Origin: Polyangiales bacterium
Lineage (GTDB): Bacteria > Myxococcota_A > Polyangia > Polyangiales > Polyangiaceae
Reading direction: 5' to 3'
Length of the DNA stretch: 64,000 nt
NCBI GenBank assembly: GCA_038231275.1
Contig: JBBRLQ010000017.1
Coordinates: forward strand, 64,001 to 128,000
In this document: piece after piece, positions 18,616-27,611 of the stretch
How the letters are laid out: each line of letters opens with the position of its first letter
How positions within the stretch are numbered: position 1 is the first letter of the stretch
The notes under the pieces: model-generated
Database searches by the model: none
The model's input: the letters and a program-made list of their open reading frames with translations, nothing else
What the model was told of the DNA's origin: nothing
Program-made: the position numbers and the translations under genes

Positions 18616-19479
18616 GTGGAATCCCGCGCCGCGACGACCTTCGCGCTGATGTGCGCGCTGCTCGTGCCGCCCGCATGCGCGTCCGGCGACGGCGACGGCG
18701 CGGACGGCAACGATGCCGGCGCGGGGGGCGGCAGCGGCGGCGGCGGTGAAGGGGGAGCCGGAGGCGGGACCGGAAGCGGAACCGGAGGCGGAACCGGAAC
18801 CGGAACCGGAACCGGAACCGGCGGTGGTATCGGTGACGGAGGAGGAGGTGGAGCCGGCGACGGTGGAGGCGGCACCGGCGACGCGGGCGCTCTCGGCGAT
18901 GGCGGCAAGGGCGACGGAGGCGGCGGCGGGCCGGGCGACTCCGGAGGCGGCGGCGGCGTGATCACCGGAGGGCCGTGCATGTCCGGCGCGACCGGCGCGA
19001 CCGCGTACCGCATCGGATGGATCAACGGGGGCGGGAGGGCGCAGGTCGTCTATCAGGCGTTCGGATTGCCCGATCACTCGCGCGACAAGGCGAGCGCGTA
19101 CGGCTACCAGATCGGCTTCACGCCGCCCTTCGTGGATCCGAACCTCGGGCCCGGCGGGCTCGGACTGGACAGCAGCGATTTCGTCGACATCGAGATCAGC
19201 ACCGCGGGCATGGCGCAGATAACGAAAGCTACGCTTTCGATCTTCGGCCGCAGCTACAACACGACTGCGAGCGGCAGCTTCAATTGGCAGACGATCACCG
19301 GCACGGGAGACGCGCCGTCCGATTTGGTCAGCAACGCGGCCCCCTACGCGTGGTACTCGGCGGACATCACGACCGAGCTCCCCGCGGGAAACGCGGGGAC
19401 GCTGCTGCGCATCAAGGCGGGACCGTCGTCGGATGCGCTCGTCGTGAACGAGATCGAGCTGTGCCTCGTGGCGAATTGA
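18616..19479 (+). CDS. secreted/lipoprotein with Gly-rich linker and C-terminal beta-rich domain
   Basis: Signal ending PPAC; about 95-aa Gly/Asp/Thr linker; aromatic-rich beta domain. Confidence 0.8.
   Translation: MESRAATTFALMCALLVPPACASGDGDGADGNDAGAGGGSGGGGEGGAGGGTGSGTGGGTGTGTGTGTGGGIGDGGGGGAGDGGGGTGDAGALGDGGKGDGGGGGPGDSGGGGGVITGGPCMSGATGATAYRIGWINGGGRAQVVYQAFGLPDHSRDKASAYGYQIGFTPPFVDPNLGPGGLGLDSSDFVDIEISTAGMAQITKATLSIFGRSYNTTASGSFNWQTITGTGDAPSDLVSNAAPYAWYSADITTELPAGNAGTLLRIKAGPSSDALVVNEIELCLVAN
18766..18822 (+). repeat. GGAACC-type hexamer tandem repeat encoding (GT)n
   Basis: ggaaccggaaccggaaccggaaccggaacc within the Gly-rich linker. Confidence 0.8.
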
Positions 19480-19491
19480 TCAGAGCGCGAA

Positions 19492-21492
19492 TCAGGGCAA
19501 CTTTCCGCGCTGCACGTAGACCTGAAGCCCGCTCGGACGGTCGGGCGAACGCAGCACGGTGTGCGTCGCCTTGACGAAGTCGGACTCCTTCGCGCGGTAG
19601 ATGTCTACGAAGGTCTGCGGGTTCCGATCGACCAGCGGGAACCAGCTCGATTGCACCTGCACCATGATGCGGTGCCCGGTGCGGAACGTGTGGCAGACGT
19701 CCGCGAGGCCGAAGCGGACCAGCGAAGCCTGACCAGGCACGAACGGCTTCGGCGTCTCGAACGACTCGCGGAATTTTCCCCGCATCACCTCGCCGCGAAG
19801 AAGCTGCTGGTGTCCGGCGCGGCGCACGCCCCTCGGGTTCGGCTCGGGGTCCTCGACGTCCGCTGGATAGACGTCGATGAGCTTCACGACGAAGTCCGCG
19901 TCGGTGCCCGTCACCGTCACGGACAGGCTCGCCTCGAGGGGCCCCGCGATCGTCACGTCGGCGTCGAGCGGATCGGTCTGGTAGACGAGCACGTCGGGGC
20001 GGCGCGCGGCGAAGCGCTGATCGGCGACCATGTACTCCTTCGCGATCTCCGGCAATGGCTTGTCGTAATACGGGACCGGTTTGCTCGGATCGCTGACGAA
20101 CGTGTCGGCGAGCGTGGCGTCTTCGGACGCGATCGGCACGGCGGCACCGAGACGTCCTTTGGCGTGGAAGAAGAGCGTTTGCGGCTTCGCATCCGCGGGC
20201 GGCCAGCTCGGGTACGCGTGCCACAGGTTGGTTCCGGTCTCGAAGATCCACGCCTCCGGCTGCGCCGCGGGACGCCCTTTGAGGTGCCGCTGGAAGAAAG
20301 GGAGCTCGATCGACTCACGAAAGAAGACGGAATTCTTTGGGCCGAACGAGACGTCGCCGAGCGCGTCGCCCTCCGAGCGGTGCCAGCCACCGTGCGACCA
20401 CGGCCCCATCACGAGCGACACCTCCGCGCGTGGGCTCTGCGTGTTCCACGCGCGGTACGTCGCGAGCGCGCCCCACGCGTCTTCCTTGTCGAACCACCCG
20501 CCGACGGTCAGGATCGCCGGCTTCGCGTTCTTGTAGGCCGGCCGCGTGTCGCGCGCCTTCCAGAAATCGTCGCGCGTGCCGTGCGCCATCACGTCGGTCC
20601 AGAATGGGATCTCGCCGTGCAAGTGGCGCGCGTCGGCATTAGAGAGCGGCCCTAGACCGAGGAAGAACTCGTACGCGTCGCCGGCGTCGTACTCGAAATC
20701 CTTCTCGGCTCGTTTGACCGGCTTGGGGCGCGGCTTGCCGAAGCTCGAATAGAAGTCGAACGCCTCGGCGAGGAAGAACGCTCCGTTGTGGTGAAAATCG
20801 TCACCGAGGAACCAATCGGTGACGGGCGCCTGCGGAGACACGGCCTTCAGCGCCGGGTGCGCGTCGATCGCGGCCTGTGCGGCGTAAAAGCCGGGATACG
20901 AGTTGCCCCATACGCCGACCTTGCCGTTGTTTGCCGGCACGTTCTTCACGAGCCAATCGATGGTGTCCCACGCGTCGGTCGCCTCGTCGATGCCCTTCGC
21001 GCCGGCAGGGACGCGCGGTCGAATGTCGACGAAGGTTCCCTCGCTCATCATGCGGCCGCGGACGTCCTGGGCGACGAGGATGTATCCCTCCCGGACGAAG
21101 AGCGGAGACGGCGCCACCCCGCGGAGGCGTCTCGGGTTTCGTGCGTCGGGCGAGTTGTCGACGCCGTACGGCGCGACCGCGTAGGGCGTACGCGTGAGGA
21201 TGAACGGATACGTCCGCGTCCGATCTTTGGGCGCGTAGACGGACGTGAAGAGGCGCACGCCGTCGCGCATCGGGATCATGTGCTCGTATTTCGTGTAGTG
21301 GTCGCGGAGCGCGCGCGCGACGTCGGCGTCGTCCTTGAGCTCGCCGGGAACGAGCGGCCGCGTGACTTCGTCCGGCGCCCTCCCACGCGCGGCCGGCTGC
21401 TGCGCGACGGCCGGCGGCGCCTCGGCACAAGCGAGCGACGCGAGCATCGAGGCAAAGACGGCGTCGCGAAGGACGCGTGGGGAGGCGCGCAT
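19492..21492 (-). CDS. CocE/NonD-family hydrolase (alpha-amino-acid ester hydrolase / glutaryl-7-ACA acylase-like)
   Basis: IPMRDGVRL, RTPY, QDVRGR, nucleophile GNSYPG, DDFHHNGAF, GPWSHG, QSSWFPLVDRNPQ. Confidence 0.95.
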   Translation of the reverse strand: MRASPRVLRDAVFASMLASLACAEAPPAVAQQPAARGRAPDEVTRPLVPGELKDDADVARALRDHYTKYEHMIPMRDGVRLFTSVYAPKDRTRTYPFILTRTPYAVAPYGVDNSPDARNPRRLRGVAPSPLFVREGYILVAQDVRGRMMSEGTFVDIRPRVPAGAKGIDEATDAWDTIDWLVKNVPANNGKVGVWGNSYPGFYAAQAAIDAHPALKAVSPQAPVTDWFLGDDFHHNGAFFLAEAFDFYSSFGKPRPKPVKRAEKDFEYDAGDAYEFFLGLGPLSNADARHLHGEIPFWTDVMAHGTRDDFWKARDTRPAYKNAKPAILTVGGWFDKEDAWGALATYRAWNTQSPRAEVSLVMGPWSHGGWHRSEGDALGDVSFGPKNSVFFRESIELPFFQRHLKGRPAAQPEAWIFETGTNLWHAYPSWPPADAKPQTLFFHAKGRLGAAVPIASEDATLADTFVSDPSKPVPYYDKPLPEIAKEYMVADQRFAARRPDVLVYQTDPLDADVTIAGPLEASLSVTVTGTDADFVVKLIDVYPADVEDPEPNPRGVRRAGHQQLLRGEVMRGKFRESFETPKPFVPGQASLVRFGLADVCHTFRTGHRIMVQVQSSWFPLVDRNPQTFVDIYRAKESDFVKATHTVLRSPDRPSGLQVYVQRGKLP

Positions 21493-21573
21493 GACCGTTT
21501 TCTATACCAGGGGTTCCCGTCTCGTGGCCCACCGGAAACATTCGAGCTCGCCTCGCCGCAAGTGATCGCAAAT

Positions 21574-21657
21574 CGACGCGACGAGCGAAACTCCCGCGCG
21601 TCGCCTGCGTAGCGCCTCCGTCTCGCGAAGCTCGAAGCACGAAGCTCGCGAAGGAGG
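21574..21657 (+). promoter_or_regulatory. two tandem hairpins in the 5' leader; the second pairs CCTCC with the SD GGAGG
   Basis: CGACGCG(21574)/CGCGTCG(21603) with a GAAA-containing loop; CCTCC..TCGCGA..AGCT / AGCT..CGCGA..GGAGG (21615-21657); ATG at 21666. Confidence 0.5.
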
Positions 21658-21665
21658 ATACTTCC

Positions 21666-22265
21666 ATGAACTATCGGGCATGCGCCGCGGCGCTCGCCAT
21701 GGGCCTGGCTGCGTGCAGCAGCAGCAGCAGCAACACCACCGGCAGCGGCGGCAGCAGCGGCGCAGCAACCGCCGACCCGCAGCTACCCCCCACGAGCGGC
21801 TACCAGGCCATCGAGGCGTGGCTCGCGAAGGATCTCTACAAGCAGTGGCACTGCGAGGCGGCGCCGCACGCCGCGCGCTCGCCCTCGCCACACGGAATGA
21901 ACCGCATCTGCAACAACGCCAAGGTCACCGCGCAGCCCGCGGGCCCCGGCGAGTACCCGGTCGGCGCGGCGAGCGTGAAGGAGCTCTACGATGACGCCGG
22001 CAAGAACGTGATCGGGTACGCCGTCGCCGTGCACGTGAGCGCCGGGAAAGACACGTCCAACTGGTACTGGGCCGAGAGAAACCCGGTCCTAGGCGCGCCC
22101 GCAAAGAACGGCTCCGCCGGGCTCGTCGCCGACGGCGTCGGGCCGACGGAAGGCGTCAGCGGACCGACCGACAAGATCTGCACGGGGTGCCACACCGGCG
22201 CGGGCAGTGACGCCGCGCACACGACGACGGACTCGCACGACTTCGTGTACACGCACGTCCCGTGA
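21666..22265 (+). CDS. lipoprotein with cytochrome P460 / c'-beta-like domain
   Basis: Lipobox LAAC; YPVGAASVKELY; NWYW; single C-terminal heme motif CTGCH followed by DFV. Confidence 0.8.
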   Translation: MNYRACAAALAMGLAACSSSSSNTTGSGGSSGAATADPQLPPTSGYQAIEAWLAKDLYKQWHCEAAPHAARSPSPHGMNRICNNAKVTAQPAGPGEYPVGAASVKELYDDAGKNVIGYAVAVHVSAGKDTSNWYWAERNPVLGAPAKNGSAGLVADGVGPTEGVSGPTDKICTGCHTGAGSDAAHTTTDSHDFVYTHVP

Positions 22266-22453
22266 TGCCGGGCGCCCAGCGGGCTCGGGCCAACCGGCCT
22301 CGTCGCACGAAGACCTGAGCCCGCGACGGACGCGTCCCGGACGCCCGCCCGGGAATAGGCGCGTGCGTCCGCGTGTCGTGCCGCCGGCAGGCGCCGGCCC
22401 GACTGTGGTAAATGGGCGCTACCCCTGGCTTTTGAGCCCGGTTGGTTCGTCCG

Positions 22454-23386
22454 ATGATCCCCAAAGAGCTCCTCGCCGCACTCCGCACGATCGAGATCCA
22501 TACGGCCCGGCTCGCCAACGAGCAGCTGAGCGGCACGTACGCGTCGAGCTTCAAGGGGCAGGGCCTCGCCTTTCGCGAGGTGCGGCCGTACCAACCAGGG
22601 GACGACGTCCGCACGATCGACTGGAACGTCTCGGCGCGCATGAACGAGGCCTTCGTGAAGGTCTTCGTCGAGGAGCGCGAGATGACCGTCATGCTGATGG
22701 TGGATCTCTCGCAGAGCGAGCGCTTCGGGACCCGCCGCGCTCCCAAGGCGCGCGTCGCGAGCGAGGTCGCGGCGCTCCTGGCCTTCAGCGCCATCCGGAA
22801 CAACGATCGCGTCGGCCTCATCCTGTCGACGAGCAAGGTCGAGCGCATCGTCCCACCCAAGAAGGGCGAGAAGCACGTCATGCGCGTCGTGCGTGAAATC
22901 CTGGGCTTTACGCCGAGCAGCCCCGAGGTGAAGCGCCTCCGCGACAAGAAGCACCAGCCGATCCTCGGCGCCGCCACGGACTTGAAGGCCGGACTCGAGG
23001 CGCTCGTCGGCGTGAGCCGGCGGCGGAGCGTGGCGTTCGTCGTAAGCGATTTCTACGCCCAGGGCTTCGAGCGCGCGCTCGCGCTGGCGGCGGCCAAGCA
23101 CGACGTGGTGCCGGTGGTCCTGACCGATCCGCGCGACAAGCAGCTGCCCGACGTCGGCCTCGCAACGTTCGAGGATCTCGAGAGCGGCGAGTCGATCCTC
23201 GTCGACACCGCGGATCCGCGCGTGCGCGCCCACTACGAGACCGCGATGAAGCGGCTCGCCGAGTCGCGCCGGCAGCTCTTCACGAAGCTCGGGCTCGACG
23301 CGGTCGAGATCGAAACGAGCGGCTCGTTCGTACGTCCCTTGCGCGATCTCTTCGCGAGGCGCGCCCGGAGGATGCGCACGCGATGA
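22454..23386 (+). CDS. DUF58-family protein (MoxR partner)
   Basis: FKGQGLAFREVRPYQPGDDVRTIDWNVSAR, EERE, NNDRVGL, VSDF. Confidence 0.95.
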   Translation: MIPKELLAALRTIEIHTARLANEQLSGTYASSFKGQGLAFREVRPYQPGDDVRTIDWNVSARMNEAFVKVFVEEREMTVMLMVDLSQSERFGTRRAPKARVASEVAALLAFSAIRNNDRVGLILSTSKVERIVPPKKGEKHVMRVVREILGFTPSSPEVKRLRDKKHQPILGAATDLKAGLEALVGVSRRRSVAFVVSDFYAQGFERALALAAAKHDVVPVVLTDPRDKQLPDVGLATFEDLESGESILVDTADPRVRAHYETAMKRLAESRRQLFTKLGLDAVEIETSGSFVRPLRDLFARRARRMRTR

Positions 23387-24480
23387 GCACCGTTGGTCGC
23401 ACCCTCGCGATCGGGCTTCTGCTCGCGCTATTTTGGCGGGCGGACGCGTACGCGGAGGAGGACGCCGGCGCCTCCGACAGCGTGACCGGGTGCGTGGAGA
23501 GCATCCCACCGGGCGCGCAGAGGCCGCGCCTGACCGAGACGTTTCCGCCGCGTGGGATCAGCGGGTACGCGTCGACGCTGAAGGTCGTCGTCGAGCACGG
23601 CAAGGGGGAGAGCGTGCTCCCGCGCGGGCTCGAGATCGGCAGCGAGGCCGCGAAGCTGCTGAAGAAGGCCGATTTCGTGTTGCCCGATCAGGACGGAGGC
23701 AGCGCGGCCAGGCTCGACGCGCCGCAGCCGGATCCTAGCAAGCCCGATCGTGTCACGACGACGCTGGAGGTGCCGGTCGTGCCGCTCCCTGGAGAGCCAG
23801 GCCGCCACGTCCTCGTCCTGCCGCCGCTGCCGGTCGCCGTCGCGCGCGCCAACGGGGACCTTGCGACCGCGTGCACGAAGCGCCACACGATCGTCATCGA
23901 GGATCCCATCGCGCAGACGCCGGAGGCGAAGCCCAAGCCCAACCCGCCGCCAGTCATGCAGCGCGAGGAGTGGACGTCGCTGAAGATGGCGCTTCTCGTG
24001 CTCTCGCTCGGCCTCCTCGCGGGCGCGCTCCTCACGCTCCTCCTCCGAAAGTGGATGGCGCGCCCGCGTCCGGTTCCGCCGCCGCCGCCGCCGCGCCCGC
24101 CGTGGGAGATCGCGCTCGAGCGGCTCGACGAGGTGCGGCACGCGGGGCTCCTCGAGCAAGGTCGCTTCGGCGAATACTACGATCGCGTGAGCGACGCGGT
24201 GCGCGGGTACCTCGGCGGTCGCTACGGCTTCGACGGGCTCGAGTCGACGACCGACGAGATCCTCGCGGCGCTCGCGCGGCCAGGCGTCCTCGGCGACTTC
24301 GCGCTGCCCGAGATCGCGGGATTTCTCCAGGACTGCGATCTCGTCAAATTCGCGAACATGCACCCCACGCAGGACGAGTGCACGCGCGCGCTCCAGTCGG
24401 GCGAAGCGATCGTGCGCGCGACGATGCCGCGGCACCGCGCGTTCGACGCGTCGCCGCGCGCGCACGGAGCGCCGGCATGA
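23383..24480 (+). CDS. Bat-cluster membrane protein (signal, Ig-like domain, TM, DUF4381-like helical tail)
   Basis: ATGA overlap with DUF58; PWEIALERL, ESTTDEIL, CDLVKFA. Confidence 0.85.
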   Translation: MSTVGRTLAIGLLLALFWRADAYAEEDAGASDSVTGCVESIPPGAQRPRLTETFPPRGISGYASTLKVVVEHGKGESVLPRGLEIGSEAAKLLKKADFVLPDQDGGSAARLDAPQPDPSKPDRVTTTLEVPVVPLPGEPGRHVLVLPPLPVAVARANGDLATACTKRHTIVIEDPIAQTPEAKPKPNPPPVMQREEWTSLKMALLVLSLGLLAGALLTLLLRKWMARPRPVPPPPPPRPPWEIALERLDEVRHAGLLEQGRFGEYYDRVSDAVRGYLGGRYGFDGLESTTDEILAALARPGVLGDFALPEIAGFLQDCDLVKFANMHPTQDECTRALQSGEAIVRATMPRHRAFDASPRAHGAPA

Positions 24481-25628
24481 GGGCGTTCGTCCACGGCCTC
24501 TTCGTGACGATGGGTGTGATCGCCGCGCTCGTGGCGGCGGCGGCCTACCCGATCCTCTCGAGGACCGACGCGTGGTGGAGCGCGAAATGGGCGGCGCCGT
24601 GGTGGCTCGTCGGCGTCGTCCTCGTCCCGTACGTGGTGTACCGCGCGACGTTCGGTTCGGACCTTCGCGTCCCGCGCCTCACGCTGCCGACGGTCGCGCC
24701 GCTCGTCACCGGTCCGCGCGGTCTGCGCACGCGCTTCCGCTACGTGCCCGGCGTGCTGCGTGGCGCCGCGCTCGTGATGGGCCTCCTCGCGCTCGCGCGA
24801 CCGCAGAACGTGCTGCGCGGCGAGGACGCAGAGGAGCGCGGCATCGACATGGTCGTCGTGCTCGATCTCAGCGGCTCGATGCGCGCGCTCATGGACGCGC
24901 CGGAAGGTCCGTCGCCGCAGAAGCCCTCCGCCCCCGACAAGCACGCGCGCCGCCTCACGCGCCTCGACACCGCGAAGGAGGTCATCCTCGACTTCATCGC
25001 GCGCAGGAAGACCGATCGCATCGGCGTCGTCGTCTTCGGTCGCGCGGCGTACATCCTCTCGCCCCCCACCCTCGACAAGACGCTGCTCGCGGCCCTCGTC
25101 GGGAAGATGGAGCTCGATCTCATCGACGGCAACGGCACCGCGATCGGCGACGCGGTGGGCACCGCGGTGGCGCGCCTCCGCCGGAGCACCGCGCGATCGA
25201 AGGCGATCATTCTCCTGACCGACGGCGACTCGAACGCCGGGTCGATCGCCCCCGAGTACTCGTCCCACCTCGCCCAGACGCAGGGCGTGCGAGTGTACAC
25301 GGTGCAGATCGGCAACGGAGACGAGGTCGACGTGCTCGACGGCGTGGATCTGTTCGGCCAGCCCCGCTACGTGCGCGCGCATTTTCCGGTGAACCCCGAG
25401 CTGCTCAAGAAGATCGCGGCCGACACCGGCGGCGATTCGTTCGTCGCGACCGACAAGCGCGGGCTCGAGCAGAGCATGCACTCGATCCTCGACAAGCTCG
25501 AAAAGACGCGGTTCGAGGCCCAGGCGGCGACGATGGAGGACCTCTTCCCGCTCCTCTTGATCCCGGCGGTCGTCCTCATCGCGCTCGAAGCGCTCGTCCG
25601 GCTCCTCCTCGTCAGGAGGTTCCCCTGA
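24477..25628 (+). CDS. batA: BatA-type VWA-domain membrane protein
   Basis: ALARPQ; MIDAS DLSGSM; DRIGVVVF; GTAIGDA; LLTDG; C-terminal TM ending RRFP; start moved to ATG 24477. Confidence 0.92.
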   Translation: MRAFVHGLFVTMGVIAALVAAAAYPILSRTDAWWSAKWAAPWWLVGVVLVPYVVYRATFGSDLRVPRLTLPTVAPLVTGPRGLRTRFRYVPGVLRGAALVMGLLALARPQNVLRGEDAEERGIDMVVVLDLSGSMRALMDAPEGPSPQKPSAPDKHARRLTRLDTAKEVILDFIARRKTDRIGVVVFGRAAYILSPPTLDKTLLAALVGKMELDLIDGNGTAIGDAVGTAVARLRRSTARSKAIILLTDGDSNAGSIAPEYSSHLAQTQGVRVYTVQIGNGDEVDVLDGVDLFGQPRYVRAHFPVNPELLKKIAADTGGDSFVATDKRGLEQSMHSILDKLEKTRFEAQAATMEDLFPLLLIPAVVLIALEALVRLLLVRRFP

Positions 25629-26689
25629 TGAAGCTCCACTACGATTTCACGTCGCTGCCGGTCCTGCTCGTCGCGCTCCTGTGTGTCGGCGTGCTCGGCA
25701 CATTTGCGACGGTGCTCGTCCTCGCGTCGTTCGCGCGCGTGCGCGCGGAGAAGCGCTTCGGGGAGCCGAGCCTCGTGCACGCGCTCGGAACGTACGACGC
25801 GACGGCGCGGCGCGCGTGGAAGGGGGTGCTCCTCGTCGTGGCGCTGGCGGCGGCGTTCTTGGCGCTCGCGCGACCGCAGTTCGGGCGCGGCACCCGCCTC
25901 ATCCCCGCGACCAATCTCGACGTCGTGATCGTGCTCGATTTCTCGAAGAGCATGTACGCCCGCGACATCGCCCCCAGCCGCATCGCGCGCGCGAAGGCGG
26001 AGGTGGCGCAGCTCGTCCGCGCCCTCCCCGGCGCGCGCTTCGGCGCGGTCGCGTTCGCGGGCGAGCCGATGAGCTTCCCGCTCACCAGCGACGGCGCGGC
26101 GATCGCCCAGTTTTTCCGGCAGCTCGAGCCCAACGACATGCCGGTCGGCGGCACCGCCACGGCGCGCGCCCTCGAGAAGGCGCGTGAGCTGTTCGCCAGC
26201 GACCCGAAGTCGAAGGATCACGTGCGCGTCATCGTGCTCGTGACCGACGGCGAGGATCTCGAGGGCGATCCGGTCTCCGTCGCGCAGGCGTGCGCCGCCG
26301 AGAAGACGCGCATCGACGTCGTCCAGATTGGCGGACGCGCGCCCGAGGTGCTGCCCGAGGTGAACGCCGAGGGGAAGGTCGTCGGCCTGCGCCACGACGA
26401 GGACGGCAAGCCGCTCACCACCGAGCTGTCGGCGGAGGGCGAGGCGCAGCTGGCGAAGGTCGCGACCGAGACCGGCGGGACCATCGTGCGCTCGGAGCAT
26501 GGCGAGACCGGCATCGACAAGATCGCGCGCGGCCTGTCGAAGATGATGCGCGAGGAGCTGAGCGAGAAGGTGGAGACGGTGTTCGCCGAGGAGTACCGGT
26601 GGCCGCTCGGCCTCGCGCTGCTCCTGCTCGCGCTCGAGGCAGTGATCGGCGAAGCGCCGCGACGGAGGCGAAATGCGCGCCCCGCGTGA
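25628..26689 (+). CDS. batB: BatB-type VWA-domain membrane protein
   Basis: ALARPQFG; DFSKSM; PSRIARAK; PLTSD; VTDGED; TGATG coupling. Confidence 0.92.
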   Translation: MKLHYDFTSLPVLLVALLCVGVLGTFATVLVLASFARVRAEKRFGEPSLVHALGTYDATARRAWKGVLLVVALAAAFLALARPQFGRGTRLIPATNLDVVIVLDFSKSMYARDIAPSRIARAKAEVAQLVRALPGARFGAVAFAGEPMSFPLTSDGAAIAQFFRQLEPNDMPVGGTATARALEKARELFASDPKSKDHVRVIVLVTDGEDLEGDPVSVAQACAAEKTRIDVVQIGGRAPEVLPEVNAEGKVVGLRHDEDGKPLTTELSAEGEAQLAKVATETGGTIVRSEHGETGIDKIARGLSKMMREELSEKVETVFAEEYRWPLGLALLLLALEAVIGEAPRRRRNARPA

Positions 26690-27611
26690 GCTCTTCGCCG
26701 CGCTCGCGGCGACGTCGATGGCGCTCGGCGCGTGCGGATGGGATCCGTCACACCCGTTCGATCGCGACGCGCCCCAGGTGAAGCAAGCGGTCGCCGCGCT
26801 CGACGCCGGCGACGCCACTGCCGCGACGGCGACGCTCGAGGAGTACCTCTCGACGGGCGTATGCGACGAGGGGAAGATCGGCACTCCCGACGTGCTGAAG
26901 AAACGCCCCAATGGAACGTTCGATCTCGGGCTCTCTTTGTTCGGCATCGGCGAGTCGTATGGCCGGCGGTTCGGCGACGAGGAGCTCGACTCCGGCGCCG
27001 ACGACAAGGCGCTCCGCTCCGCGCAGATCGACTGCGCGCTCCGCGTCGTGCGCGCGATCGCCACCGACGAAAAGGCGGACCTGCCGCTCCGCGCGCACGC
27101 ACGGTACCTCGAGGGGAACTTGCTCTTCCTCGGCGCGCGCTACGAGGAGGCCGTCACTGCCTACGACGAGTCGCTCCGCCTCACGCCGGGCCTGGCCGAC
27201 GCCGGCGATCCGAGCGCGCGCGACGCCGCATGGAATCGCGCGGTCGCCCTCCGCCGCATCGAGGACAAGAAGGACGCCGGTCCTGACGCCTCCCCTGACT
27301 CCGGCAACGACGGCGGCAAGGATGGCGGCGGCGACTCCGGCAAAAAGGATGGCGGCGGCGACTCCGGCAAGAACGACGGCGGCAGTGACTCGGGGAGCAA
27401 GAACGACGGCGGAAAGGACTCCGGCGGCGGCAACGACTCCGGCAGCCCTCCGCCCAAGCAAGACGAGGACGCGGGGCCGCCTCCGCCGCCGCGCGCGAAC
27501 CAGGACGAGCGCATGCTCGACCAGCTCGAGAACGCTCCGACGGTGCAGCAAGAGGCCGCGAAGAAGAACGCCCAGAAGCGCCGCATCGTGCGCGGCATGG
27601 CGGACAAATGA
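26673..27611 (+). CDS. batC: BatC-like TPR lipoprotein with low-complexity linker
   Basis: Lipobox LGAC; TPR YLEGNLLF..YEEAVTAYDESL..AAWNRAVA; GGDSGK repeats; ERMLDQLE; position in cluster. Confidence 0.78.
   Translation: MRAPRELFAALAATSMALGACGWDPSHPFDRDAPQVKQAVAALDAGDATAATATLEEYLSTGVCDEGKIGTPDVLKKRPNGTFDLGLSLFGIGESYGRRFGDEELDSGADDKALRSAQIDCALRVVRAIATDEKADLPLRAHARYLEGNLLFLGARYEEAVTAYDESLRLTPGLADAGDPSARDAAWNRAVALRRIEDKKDAGPDASPDSGNDGGKDGGGDSGKKDGGGDSGKNDGGSDSGSKNDGGKDSGGGNDSGSPPPKQDEDAGPPPPPRANQDERMLDQLENAPTVQQEAAKKNAQKRRIVRGMADK
27296..27445 (+). repeat. imperfect coding repeat (GGDSGK[K/N]DG)
   Basis: Recurring gactccggcaa..gg(a/c)ggcggc units inside batC. Confidence 0.7.

Noticed and set aside
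21565..21615. c-di-GMP-I riboswitch (GCAAA..GAAA stem)
   Set aside because: The conserved GACGCAAAG junction after the stem is missing; kept only as an unclassified structured leader
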